DNA from: an uncultured Clostridia bacterium
Lineage (GTDB): Bacteria; Bacillota; Clostridia; Christensenellales; CAG-314
Length of the DNA stretch: 64,000 nucleotides
NCBI GenBank assembly: GCA_947625115.1
Contig: CANQND010000003.1
Location: 4,738 to 68,737, forward strand
Reading direction: 5' to 3'
The notes below the pieces were generated by a model. The model made no database searches and was not told the DNA's origin. It worked only from the letters and a program-made list of their open reading frames with translations. Shown piece by piece: positions 53,212-64,000 of this stretch. Each line of letters opens with the position of its first letter. The first letter of the stretch is position 1. A program made the position numbers and the translations under genes.

Positions 53212-53805
53212 ATGTTTAGTTATATTTACGGAGAAATAACGGATTTGTCCAACGGTTACGTAACCGTAGACGTGAACGGAATGGGTTTTGAGTTGGCTGT
53301 TTCCAACTACACTCTTGCCGATTGCCGCTTGGGACAGAAGCAAAAGTTGTACACCTATCTCAACGTTACGCAGGACGCGGTAAGTTTGGTAGGGTTTTCT
53401 TCCCGAGAGGAAAAGAAAATGTTTTTGCTGTTGCTGTCGGTAAGCGGCATTGCGTGTAAAGGCGCGTTGGCGGTTCTTTCGGGAATGGACGTAGACAGCC
53501 TTTCTCTTGCGATAGTGAACGGCGACGCGAAATTGCTCACAAAGATAAAGGGTTTGGGCAAAAAGACTGCGGAACGTATCATTTTGGAGTTGAAAGAAAA
53601 GTTGACGGTGGACGCGGCGGAGCTGGTGTTGCCCATCACCCAAAACCCCGATATGCAACTCAACAAGGAAATGCAAAACGCCGTCGCCGTGCTGTGTTCT
53701 TTGGGAAAAAGTCAGGCGGACGCGGAAAAATTGGTGCAAGCCGCCGCCAAGTTGGGCGCGGTGACCGCCGAGGAATTGATAAATATGTCGTTCAGAATAA
53801 ACTGA
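53212..53805 (+). CDS. ruvA: Holliday junction helicase subunit RuvA
   Basis: MFSYIYGEITDL... OB domain and HhH motifs (IKGLGKKTAERI). The start is set at ATG 53212. Confidence 0.92.
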   Translation: MFSYIYGEITDLSNGYVTVDVNGMGFELAVSNYTLADCRLGQKQKLYTYLNVTQDAVSLVGFSSREEKKMFLLLLSVSGIACKGALAVLSGMDVDSLSLAIVNGDAKLLTKIKGLGKKTAERIILELKEKLTVDAAELVLPITQNPDMQLNKEMQNAVAVLCSLGKSQADAEKLVQAAAKLGAVTAEELINMSFRIN

Positions 53806-53818
53806 ACTCGGGTAAGCT

Positions 53819-54857
53819 ATGGAACAACAATTTTTTACAAGTACGTTGACAGAAAACGAACGCGATACTGAAAATATACTTCGTCCCAAGTCCTTTGACG
53901 ACTACATCGGGCAGGACAAAGTTAAAGAAAATATGCGCGTGTACATCAAAGCTGCCCTTTCGCGCGGCGAAAGTTTGGATCACGTTTTGCTGTACGGTCC
54001 TCCCGGTTTGGGCAAAACCACGTTGGCGCACATCATAGCAAACGAAATGGGCGTTCCCATCACCGTGACGAGCGGTTCGGCGATCCCCGGCAAATTCGAT
54101 CTATCTGCTATTTTGTCTAAACTTAAACCCAACGAAGTGTTGTTTATCGACGAAATACATCGGTTGAACAGCAGCCTCGAAGAAATTCTCTATCCCGCAA
54201 TGGAGGACTACCGCTTGGACTTTGTGGTAGGAAAGGGACCGAGCGCGACAAGCGTAAACATCAAGTTGGAAAAGTTTACCCTTATCGGTGCAACTACAAA
54301 GGCGGGCAACCTCGCCGCGCCGTTACGCGACAGGTTCGGTATGCAGATGAGGCTTATTTTGTACACGCCCGAACAGCTGTGTCAAATTGTGCACAACTCG
54401 GCAAAAAGGCTCGGCACGGAGATAGACAACGTTGCCGCTTACGAAATAGCCCGTCGCAGTCGCGGCACTCCGCGCGTTGCAAACAGATTGCTTAAACGCG
54501 TAAGGGACTTTGCCGAAGTTCTCGGCGACGGAAGAGTTACACGCGAGGTTACTTTGCACGCAATGAACGTTATGGAAGTGGACGCGTTGGGCTTGGACGC
54601 CGTGGACAAAAATATCCTCACAACCATCATCGACAAATTCAGCGGCGGACCCGTCGGGTTGGACACGCTTGCTTCCGCCACGGGCGAGGACGCCGCAACG
54701 ATAGAGGACGTTTACGAACCCTATTTGTTGCAATTGGGTTTCATTGCCCGAACGCCTCGCGGACGCGTGTGTATGCCCAATGCCTATGCACATTTGGGGC
54801 GTAAACTAAGCAAAGAAACAATGGAGCGACTTGCTTTTTACGGCAAAGGTGAAAGCG

Positions 54858-54871
<14 letters not shown>
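53819..54871 (+). CDS. ruvB: Holliday junction helicase RuvB
   Basis: Walker [12 protein letters not shown], Walker B LFIDEIHR, and sensor [10 protein letters not shown]. Confidence 0.96.
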
Positions 54872-57019
<2,148 letters not shown>

Positions 57020-57160
57020 CAAAAGCGAATATTGTTTACGTATAAATAAATGAAAGCTATTGCTTTTTTGTCGCTGTTGTTGTATAATACGATACAGTAC
57101 AGTTGAAAGCGATATGCTTGTAACTGTAAAATAAATTGGCATTTGCCCAAGGAGAATACT

Positions 57161-57571
57161 ATGCTTGAATTATTGAGCTTTGCTGAATCAGCCGAAGAAG
57201 CGGCTTCGCAGGAAGGCGGGTCCAATTGGTTTACTCAATACGGTATTTACATCATATTCGGTCTTTTGTTGGTCGGTATGATTTTGCTTATGGTGATACC
57301 GCAAAGAAAGCAAAAGAAACGTCAGGAACAAATGATGGCGCAATTGGCGGTGGGAAGCGTCGTTACAACAATCGGCGGAATCGTCGGAGAAGTTGTGCAA
57401 CTTGACGAAACGCACATCTGGCTTTTGACGGGCGTAGGCGAAAACAAATCCACAATGCAATTTGTACGTCAGGCAATTCATTCCGTTGCCCCCGCACCCG
57501 GTACTCCCGAGGCGGAAGCTGCCGAACAAGCTAAAAAGGCGAAAGAGGACGAAGTGGACGAAATAAAATAG
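57161..57571 (+). CDS. yajC: preprotein translocase subunit YajC
   Basis: A single TM is followed by VVTTIGGIVGEVVQLDE. The start is set at ATG 57161, after AAGGAG. Confidence 0.85.
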   Translation: MLELLSFAESAEEAASQEGGSNWFTQYGIYIIFGLLLVGMILLMVIPQRKQKKRQEQMMAQLAVGSVVTTIGGIVGEVVQLDETHIWLLTGVGENKSTMQFVRQAIHSVAPAPGTPEAEAAEQAKKAKEDEVDEIK

Positions 57572-57589
57572 TTTGGTCTAAAAACGTTG

Positions 57590-57632
57590 ACCTCCGAATA
57601 GATTACAGTGTAGCTATTCGGAGGTTCTTTTT
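57590..57632 (+). terminator. strong hairpin plus U-tract between yajC and the next gene, containing that gene's SD
   Basis: Stem (A)CCTCCGAATAG / CTATTCGGAGG(T) of 11-12 bp, followed by TCTTTTT. The GGAGG at 57620-57624 lies 8 nt before ATG 57633. Confidence 0.6.
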
Positions 57633-58004
57633 ATGGAAGCAAGTAAAAAATCCACAATTTTGCAATCTGTCAAAGCGGGAGTGTTGTCGTTGGTGTTTTC
57701 CTGCGTGGGAATTTTGTTGTTGGCTCTCATTGCAAAACTTTGCAACATAAGCGACAAGGCGTTGCCCATTATCAATCAGGTGCTTAAAGTTATCGCCGTC
57801 GCCGCGGGAACTTTGATCGCCGTCAAAGATGAAAAGTTTTGGCTCAAAGCCGTTATCGGAGCGGTGATATATTGGGTACTGTCCTTTGCGGTGTTCGCAA
57901 TTATGGGCGGACAGATACATTTCGGTCAGATAGCTTTGGATTTGGGAATATCCCTTGTGGTGGCGGTGGTTGTCGCTTTGATAAAAAGCCGTAAATCCGC
58001 CTGA
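57633..58004 (+). CDS. small 4-TM membrane protein (TIGR04086-like)
   Basis: 123 aa with four hydrophobic helices. The position after yajC matches many Firmicutes. The family name is from memory. Confidence 0.65.
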   Translation: MEASKKSTILQSVKAGVLSLVFSCVGILLLALIAKLCNISDKALPIINQVLKVIAVAAGTLIAVKDEKFWLKAVIGAVIYWVLSFAVFAIMGGQIHFGQIALDLGISLVVAVVVALIKSRKSA

Positions 58005-58147
58005 AACAAAGGCTTGTCAAATACAGATAAAATGCGGCAGAATGCGCGTTTGGCGTTTCGCCGCTTTTTTATTTTCTCGAAGTTTTACTTTTTTGTTAAT
58101 ATTTAATGAATAAAATATACAAACAGGCGAAAAAAAAGAAAAAACAA

Positions 58148-58176
58148 TTGACTATTTTTGCAACTAATACTATAAT
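58148..58176 (+). promoter_or_regulatory. sigmaA promoter of the SecD/F-like gene
   Basis: TTGACT, 17-nt spacer, TATAAT. Confidence 0.65.
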
Positions 58177-58214
58177 AAAATGGTTAAGTAAGGCAAAAGT
58201 CAAGGAGACTCACA

Positions 58215-59531
58215 ATGACTGTAACAACAAAACAAGTATTGGTTGCGTTACTGCTGTGTTTGGTATTGGCTGTAACGGTAACGCTCGGCGTATTTTGTTT
58301 TATTCCGAATTTCGACGTAAACGAATTCGGCGAATACTACCAATCCGCGCTTACCGTCACGCAAAAGAGCGGCGCGTTTACCGATACCGTAAAAGCTAAC
58401 TACACTCTCAAATTGGAAGAAGAAACCGAAGCAACTCCCCAAGAAGTGGTAAAAGCCATTTCTTCTCGTCTTTCCAAAACCTACGGGTACTACGGTTCCA
58501 AGGTGGAATACGATGAGGCAACGGGAATTCTTTCCGTGGAGATACCCAAATCCGACAACACGAATACGCAGGTAAAACCGTCCGCGCAAACGATCCTCAA
58601 CAACGTTATCGTAGACGGCAAGGTGGAAATTCTCAACACAAACTATTCCAACAGCCCGAGCTATTCGGAAGATAGCGTCTTGCTTACGCAGGAGCATTTC
58701 AGGAGAGCCAACGTGCGCAGTTATATAAACCAAGACGCCACGCTGTACATCTGCCGCGTAAAGCTGACAAAAGAGGGCGCGGAACTTGCTAAGGAACTGT
58801 CTGCGAACACTCCCTACACCGTCGCAATCGACGGACAGGTGGAAACCTGGGTTTATTGGACAGGAAACGAACTGCAAATCACCTACGCCTACACGGACGA
58901 AATAACGAGCCAAGAACACGCCAGAGCAATGGCGGCTTACATAAGCACGGGCGCGCTTGACGCAACGCTCACTCAGGAGGGAAGCACGGAAGAAATTGCC
59001 AACAACTACGGTTGGATATATCTGCTTGTTTTCGGCTTGGTGGTGTTGGCAAGTTTTGTGTTCTTCGCGGTGCGTTACAAGGGGCTGTGCGTAATACCCA
59101 TTTTGACGCAAGCTCTGTCGATATTTGTGTTTATGTTCTTCGGCGCGCTTGTTCACCTTGAAATCTTCAACGTGGCAATGGGCGTGGGCGTTATCCTCGC
59201 GTATGCGTTTGCTTCGTTCTTCTCGGCGTTTACGTTTGAAAAGATACGCAAGTATATGAACAACGGCAAGACTTATTCGTGGGCAAGATACACGGCTTAC
59301 AAAGAAACAAACGTTGTAAGCGCGATAGCGCACGGCGGTCTGTTGGTTCTCGGTATCATTCTGTGGGTTATCCCCACGTTGGTAACGGCTCCGTTGGGCA
59401 ACGCGCTTGTGTACGGAGCGGTGCTGTCTTTCATTGCGACGTATTGTTTGAACAGACTGTTTGCTTTTTTGGTGGGTCCGTTCTTTGACGCTACAAAGCA
59501 AACCAAGTCCCCCGTTAAATCGAGAAAATAA
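58215..59531 (+). CDS. divergent single-copy SecD/SecF-family membrane protein
   Basis: N-terminal TM, an extracytoplasmic domain of about 240 aa, then 5 TM segments. TFEKIRKYM resembles the SecD/[9 protein letters not shown] motif. The gene is syntenic with secDF, between yajC and recJ. Confidence 0.6.
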   Translation: MTVTTKQVLVALLLCLVLAVTVTLGVFCFIPNFDVNEFGEYYQSALTVTQKSGAFTDTVKANYTLKLEEETEATPQEVVKAISSRLSKTYGYYGSKVEYDEATGILSVEIPKSDNTNTQVKPSAQTILNNVIVDGKVEILNTNYSNSPSYSEDSVLLTQEHFRRANVRSYINQDATLYICRVKLTKEGAELAKELSANTPYTVAIDGQVETWVYWTGNELQITYAYTDEITSQEHARAMAAYISTGALDATLTQEGSTEEIANNYGWIYLLVFGLVVLASFVFFAVRYKGLCVIPILTQALSIFVFMFFGALVHLEIFNVAMGVGVILAYAFASFFSAFTFEKIRKYMNNGKTYSWARYTAYKETNVVSAIAHGGLLVLGIILWVIPTLVTAPLGNALVYGAVLSFIATYCLNRLFAFLVGPFFDATKQTKSPVKSRK

Positions 59532-59552
59532 CAGTAAGAAACCAAGTTGCAA

Positions 59553-59580
59553 ACAGCCTTCTACGCCAATAGAAGGCTGT
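59553..59580 (+). other. 11-bp perfect hairpin between the SecD/F-like gene and recJ
   Basis: ACAGCCTTCTA cgccaa TAGAAGGCTGT. There is no U-tract, so terminator function is unclear. Confidence 0.4.
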
Positions 59581-59600
59581 TATACTATAAAGAGAGAATT

Positions 59601-61847
59601 ATGAAACCGAAATATGTCAAACGCCCCGTCGCGGACGAAAATAACGTGCAATATCTGACCGAACAGGGTTTGCCTCGCGCAATTGCAGAGGTACTTTCGT
59701 CGCGCGGTATCAACTCCTCTAACTACGAAAACTTTGTAAACGGCGGCGTTACGTTCCACTCTCCCTTTGAAATGGCAAATATGGACTCGGCAGTTGAAAC
59801 TATCAACTACGTTATGGAAACGGGCGGGAAAATACTTATTTACGGCGACTACGACGCCGACGGTTTGACTGCAAGCAGTATTTTGTCGTTGTTCTTCTCC
59901 GACAACGGAGTGGAAAACGACGTGATAATACCCACCCGAGAAGAGGGGTACGGTTTACATTCGGAAAACGTCATTCAGGCGTTTGAAAATGATTTCTACG
60001 ATTTGGTTATCACGGTAGATTGCGGCATATCCAACGCCGACGAGGTGGACAAGATAACTGCTGAACTCGGGGTGGAAGTGATAGTTACTGACCATCACGA
60101 ACTACCCGAAGTGTTGCCGAATTGCATTTGCGTAAACCCGAAACTCGGCTATCCTTTCCCCTATCTTGCGGGAGCGGGCGTTGCTTGGAAGTTGGTTGAA
60201 GCTCTTGCGGGAAGAGAAGTTGCGGCAAAGTACAGCGATCTTGCCTGTATCGGGACGGTGGGCGACATTATGCCTATGCAAGACGAAAACAGGGCAATTG
60301 TGAGAATGGGGTTGGAAAATATGCGGCATAAAAGCGTAAACAAGCTCGCCGAATTGTCCAACTGTTCTTCGCCGATAACGGTAAACGACATTGCGATGAG
60401 GCTTGCCCCCAAGATCAATGCCGCAGGACGAGTCGGTTCGCCTTTGGCGGCGTTGGCGGTGTTGCTGTGCAGAGAAAAAGTCGATCTTAACAAGGTAAAC
60501 GCGTTGTTGGAACTGAACGAAAAGCGCAAACAGATTTTGGAAGAGATAACCGTCCAATCCGATTCGATGTGCGACGGACGAACCATTGCAACGGAAAGAG
60601 TTGTTTTTCTGTACAGCGATCGATGGCCGCACGGTTTGCTTGGAATTGTCGCCTCGCGCTACAAAGAAAAATATCGTTTGCCTGCCGTAGTAATGACTCT
60701 TGACGGGGATTGTTACGTCGGCTCGGCGCGCGGGATAGATACTTTGAACTTATTCGACGTCTTTTCACAGTGCAAGGATTGTCTGTTAAAGTTCGGCGGA
60801 CACAAAGCGAGCGTCGGTTTCAGCGTTTCCAAAGACAAGTTGGAAGAATTTCACCGAAAAATCGTTTCGGTATTGCTATCGTACGATTCTTCTCTGTTTG
60901 AAACACGTTTGTACTATGATTTACAATTGGGACAAGATTGCAACGCGGCGGAAGCGATTGCATTGACGGAAAAATTGCAACCGATGTTGCCGCAAGACAA
61001 AATTATTTGCCGCATATCCGACAGCGTTAAATTTGCAACGGTATTCGGCAAGGAAGAAAATCACATTTCCGCAACGCTTTCTTGCGGTTTGGAAACCAAA
61101 GGGTTTTTCAAATACGCGGCTTACGTGCCGTTTATTCGCAACGGTGCCAACGTCGATATGATCTGTTCGTTGGAAACGGACGGTTACACGCACAACCCGT
61201 GCGCCATTATCGAGGATATGTCTTTGTCAAATTCCGTTTGTTTCGACGAATTTTACAAGCTGAACCTTATGAAAAATTTTGTGCCGCAACAAAATGGGTT
61301 TGAAAAAACGAATTTGGTCGACATTCTTAATGGCGACAGCGTGGCAGTGGTATTCGACGACTACGAAACGTATCTCGAATACAGCCGCAACTACGATTTT
61401 TCGGAGTTTTTTGTGGATATATTTTTTGACGGCGGCGCGGCGAAAACCGTTGTCGTGTCCCCGTTGGAAACCTATTCTTTCGACAGGTTCGACAAGGTGG
61501 TGTACTTTGCGCGCAAGGGTTTTGCCCGAAGTCTGCCCAACGCCGTGTACGTTGAAGTGCAACCCGCACGGCGCGCACTGTACGAACTTGTCATATCAAG
61601 AGATGTATGCGCCAAAGTGTACAGAGCGTTGCGCAACAAGGGAAGATACGACAGTTTGAAAGGTTTGTACGACAAATTTTTGTCGGATATTTCCTACTGT
61701 CAGTTTATGGTGGCGTTAAGGATATTCGAGGAGTTAAAGTTGATAACGGTTGCAGACAAGTACACCGTGCAGTTTGATTCTTCCGTCAAGAGAGATTTGA
61801 ACGAGTCTGCAATATTTTGTGCATTTCAACAAAACGGTGAAATATGA
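59601..61847 (+). CDS. recJ: single-stranded-DNA-specific exonuclease RecJ
   Basis: DHH motifs YGDYDADGLTASSIL, TVDCGISN and VTDHHELP, plus DHHA1 GGHKASVGF. The start is set at ATG 59601, after the hairpin. Confidence 0.92.
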   Translation: MKPKYVKRPVADENNVQYLTEQGLPRAIAEVLSSRGINSSNYENFVNGGVTFHSPFEMANMDSAVETINYVMETGGKILIYGDYDADGLTASSILSLFFSDNGVENDVIIPTREEGYGLHSENVIQAFENDFYDLVITVDCGISNADEVDKITAELGVEVIVTDHHELPEVLPNCICVNPKLGYPFPYLAGAGVAWKLVEALAGREVAAKYSDLACIGTVGDIMPMQDENRAIVRMGLENMRHKSVNKLAELSNCSSPITVNDIAMRLAPKINAAGRVGSPLAALAVLLCREKVDLNKVNALLELNEKRKQILEEITVQSDSMCDGRTIATERVVFLYSDRWPHGLLGIVASRYKEKYRLPAVVMTLDGDCYVGSARGIDTLNLFDVFSQCKDCLLKFGGHKASVGFSVSKDKLEEFHRKIVSVLLSYDSSLFETRLYYDLQLGQDCNAAEAIALTEKLQPMLPQDKIICRISDSVKFATVFGKEENHISATLSCGLETKGFFKYAAYVPFIRNGANVDMICSLETDGYTHNPCAIIEDMSLSNSVCFDEFYKLNLMKNFVPQQNGFEKTNLVDILNGDSVAVVFDDYETYLEYSRNYDFSEFFVDIFFDGGAAKTVVVSPLETYSFDRFDKVVYFARKGFARSLPNAVYVEVQPARRALYELVISRDVCAKVYRALRNKGRYDSLKGLYDKFLSDISYCQFMVALRIFEELKLITVADKYTVQFDSSVKRDLNESAIFCAFQQNGEI

Positions 61848-64000
61848 ACACGGAACAGGAAAAAGCTGAAACTACAATAAATAACTTTTTGGCAAAGGTC
61901 AGGCACTATTATCACGCGCACGAAGTGAGCAAAATAGAGAACGCATTTCAAGTTGCCGATCAAGCGCACCAAGGGCAGTTCAGAGCAAGCGGCAGACCGT
62001 ACATAACGCACCCCGTTATTGTCGCCGACATACTGATCGATATGGGTTTGGACGTCCCGACGATTTGCGCCGCATTGTTGCACGACACGGTGGAAGATAC
62101 CTATATTACCGACGCGGATCTACGCGAAAAGTTCGGCGACGAAATAGCCAACCTTGTTGCGGGCGTTACCAAGTTGGACAAAATTCAATTCCACAACAAG
62201 GAAGAAGAACAGGCGGAAAATATGCGCAAAATGTTTTTTGCAATGGCAAAGGACATTCGCGTTATGCTCATAAAGTTGGCGGACAGATTGCACAATATGC
62301 GTTCGCTTATGTATCTATCGCCCGAAAAGCAAAAAATCATCGCCAAAGAAACTTTGGATATTTTCGCGCCTATTGCGGGCAGGTTGGGTATTTCTTCCAT
62401 TAAAACGGAATTGGAAGATCTGTGCCTCAAATATCTCGACAACAAAGCGTATACAGAAATCAGTAACGGAATCGCGTTGAAAAAGCACGAGCGCGAGGCA
62501 ATCGTAGACGCGTTTATCGAAGCGGTAAAAAAAGAGTTGAAAGCTAACAAAATCGAAGATTTTGACATTTACGGGAGAACCAAGCATTTTTACTCGATAT
62601 ACAAAAAAATGCAACGTCAAAACAAAACCCTCGATCAGGTTTACGACCTTACCGCAGTCAGAGTGATTGTTGATACGATAAAGGATTGTTACGCCGTTTT
62701 GGGTGCCATTCACGCTCGCTGGAAACCTATGCCCGGGCGTTTCAAAGATTATATCGCCGTTCCCAAGCCCAATATGTATCAATCTTTGCACACGACGGTA
62801 ATTATCGAAATAGGAATGCACACGTACCCGATAGAAGTGCAAATACGTACTCACGAAATGCACAAAATAGCCGAGTACGGTATCGCGGCGCATTGGAAGT
62901 ACAAAGAGGGTATCACAGGCGCGACGGCGATGGACGACAAATTGAGCTGGGTAAAGGAAGTACTGTCGTACAACGACGATTTCAAGGACAGCTCGGAGTT
63001 TCTCGATTTGATCAGAAACGATATTTCCAACACGAACGAAGTGTACGTGTTTACGCCTAACGGCGACGTGAAAATTTTGCCGTCGGACGCAACGGGTTTG
63101 GATTTCGCCTATATGATCCACAGTCAGGTGGGCAACAAGTGCGTAGGGATAAAAATCAACAACAAAATCGTCCCTCTTGACACAACGCTCTCTACGGGCG
63201 ATACAGTTGAGGTTATGACAAACCCCAATGCAAAGGGTCCCTCCCGCGATTGGTTGAAGATTGTCAAAACGCCGTCGGCTCGATCGAAAATACGTCAATT
63301 TTTCAAACGTGAGCTAAAAGACGAGTACATTCGCACGGGCAAAAATATGATTGAGCGCGAAATAAAACATCGCGGTATCAACCCTGCCGACCTTATGACT
63401 CCCGACGCGGTACAAGCCGTTTGCGACAGGTATATGCTATCCGGCATAGACGAAATGTACGCGGCGGTCGGTTACGGAAGTCTTTCGCTCAATCAAGTGG
63501 TAATAAAGCTCATCTCGGGCAACAAAGAAATTTCCGAAAAGCTCAAATCGCAACAAAACGTCCGCAAAAAGCAACAGGGGCAATCAAAGGAAAAATCTGT
63601 GATAATCAAGGGCGTAGACGACCTCTTGGTGCGGTTTTCCCGTTGTTGCTCTCCCGTACCCGGGGACGAGATCGTCGGCTATATATCACGCGGCAGGGGC
63701 GTGTGCGTACACAGAGCCGATTGCCCGACGATAAAAAATATGGAACCCGAACGCCTTGTTCGCGCCGAATGGGCGAATATGAGCGACAAGACGACTTTCC
63801 CCGTTACGGTGGAAATCGTCGCCGAGGACAAGGGCGGAGTTTTTGCCGAGATAACAAAGGTGATTGCCAACGAGGGGCTTTCTTTTGTGGCTATCAACGC
63901 GCGTAAGGACAGGAAAGGCAACGCAATTGCAACCATAACCGTAGAAATTTCCAACCACGAACAAACCAATGCGTTAATGAACAGATTGCTTGCCATACCC
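61844..64000 (+). CDS. relA: bifunctional (p)ppGpp synthetase/hydrolase RelA/SpoT, 3' end outside the window
   Basis: Absent from the ORF track because no stop falls in the window. ATG 61844 overlaps the recJ stop (ATGA). HD domain (HPVIVADIL...LLHDTVEDT), synthetase domain (YRSLHT-like MYQSLHTTV), TGS domain and ACT domain are present. The frame is open to nt 64000. Confidence 0.93.
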   Translation, partial: MNTEQEKAETTINNFLAKVRHYYHAHEVSKIENAFQVADQAHQGQFRASGRPYITHPVIVADILIDMGLDVPTICAALLHDTVEDTYITDADLREKFGDEIANLVAGVTKLDKIQFHNKEEEQAENMRKMFFAMAKDIRVMLIKLADRLHNMRSLMYLSPEKQKIIAKETLDIFAPIAGRLGISSIKTELEDLCLKYLDNKAYTEISNGIALKKHEREAIVDAFIEAVKKELKANKIEDFDIYGRTKHFYSIYKKMQRQNKTLDQVYDLTAVRVIVDTIKDCYAVLGAIHARWKPMPGRFKDYIAVPKPNMYQSLHTTVIIEIGMHTYPIEVQIRTHEMHKIAEYGIAAHWKYKEGITGATAMDDKLSWVKEVLSYNDDFKDSSEFLDLIRNDISNTNEVYVFTPNGDVKILPSDATGLDFAYMIHSQVGNKCVGIKINNKIVPLDTTLSTGDTVEVMTNPNAKGPSRDWLKIVKTPSARSKIRQFFKRELKDEYIRTGKNMIEREIKHRGINPADLMTPDAVQAVCDRYMLSGIDEMYAAVGYGSLSLNQVVIKLISGNKEISEKLKSQQNVRKKQQGQSKEKSVIIKGVDDLLVRFSRCCSPVPGDEIVGYISRGRGVCVHRADCPTIKNMEPERLVRAEWANMSDKTTFPVTVEIVAEDKGGVFAEITKVIANEGLSFVAINARKDRKGNAIATITVEISNHEQTNALMNRLLAIP

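Noticed and set aside
59547-59600. 18-codon N-terminal extension of recJ
   Set aside because: It overlaps an 11-bp hairpin and the end of the upstream gene region. The MKPKYVKRP start at 59601 is the first ATG after the hairpin.

Overview
This window looks like a core chromosomal region of a Gram-positive, endospore-forming Firmicute, probably Clostridia-like. Gene order mirrors four Bacillus subtilis blocks: yqfC-yqfD-phoH-yqfF-ybeY-era-yqzL-recO; the dcw cluster from mraZ to ftsZ; ytxC-thrS-infC-rpmI-rplT; and ruvCAB-queA-tgt-yajC-secDF-recJ-relA. I call about 62 protein genes, mostly on the + strand. Between the conserved blocks sit two metal-resistance operons (copA-csoR and cadC-HMA-cadA), a heterodimeric ABC exporter, a BclA-like collagen protein, mgtE, spo0A, a TetR unit, two large surface proteins and a few small orphan genes. 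I found no rRNA, tRNA, CRISPR array, transposase, integrase or recognisable defence/toxin system. Cis-regulatory RNAs are an M-box upstream of mgtE, a Thr T-box upstream of thrS, and an attenuator leader upstream of infC, which appears to start at ATA. Many sigmaA-type promoters are near consensus (TTGACA-17-TATAAT), and many intrinsic terminators are visible. I do not see a clear multi-gene novel system. The most unusual observations are: (1) a Spo0A orthologue whose receiver domain lacks the phospho-acceptor Asp and the acidic pocket; (2) an orphan, apparently leaderless transcription unit for a 75-aa Cys-rich peptide, next to a low-GC glycosyltransferase; (3) a copA-copZ fusion that keeps an internal SD-ATG; (4) a cadA whose HMA domain is a separate ORF 1 nt away; (5) a half-size divergent SecD/F homologue; (6) genome-style avoidance of TTA/CTA/TCA codons, which produces very long non-coding antisense shadow ORFs. 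All family assignments come from motif recognition by eye, with no database search.
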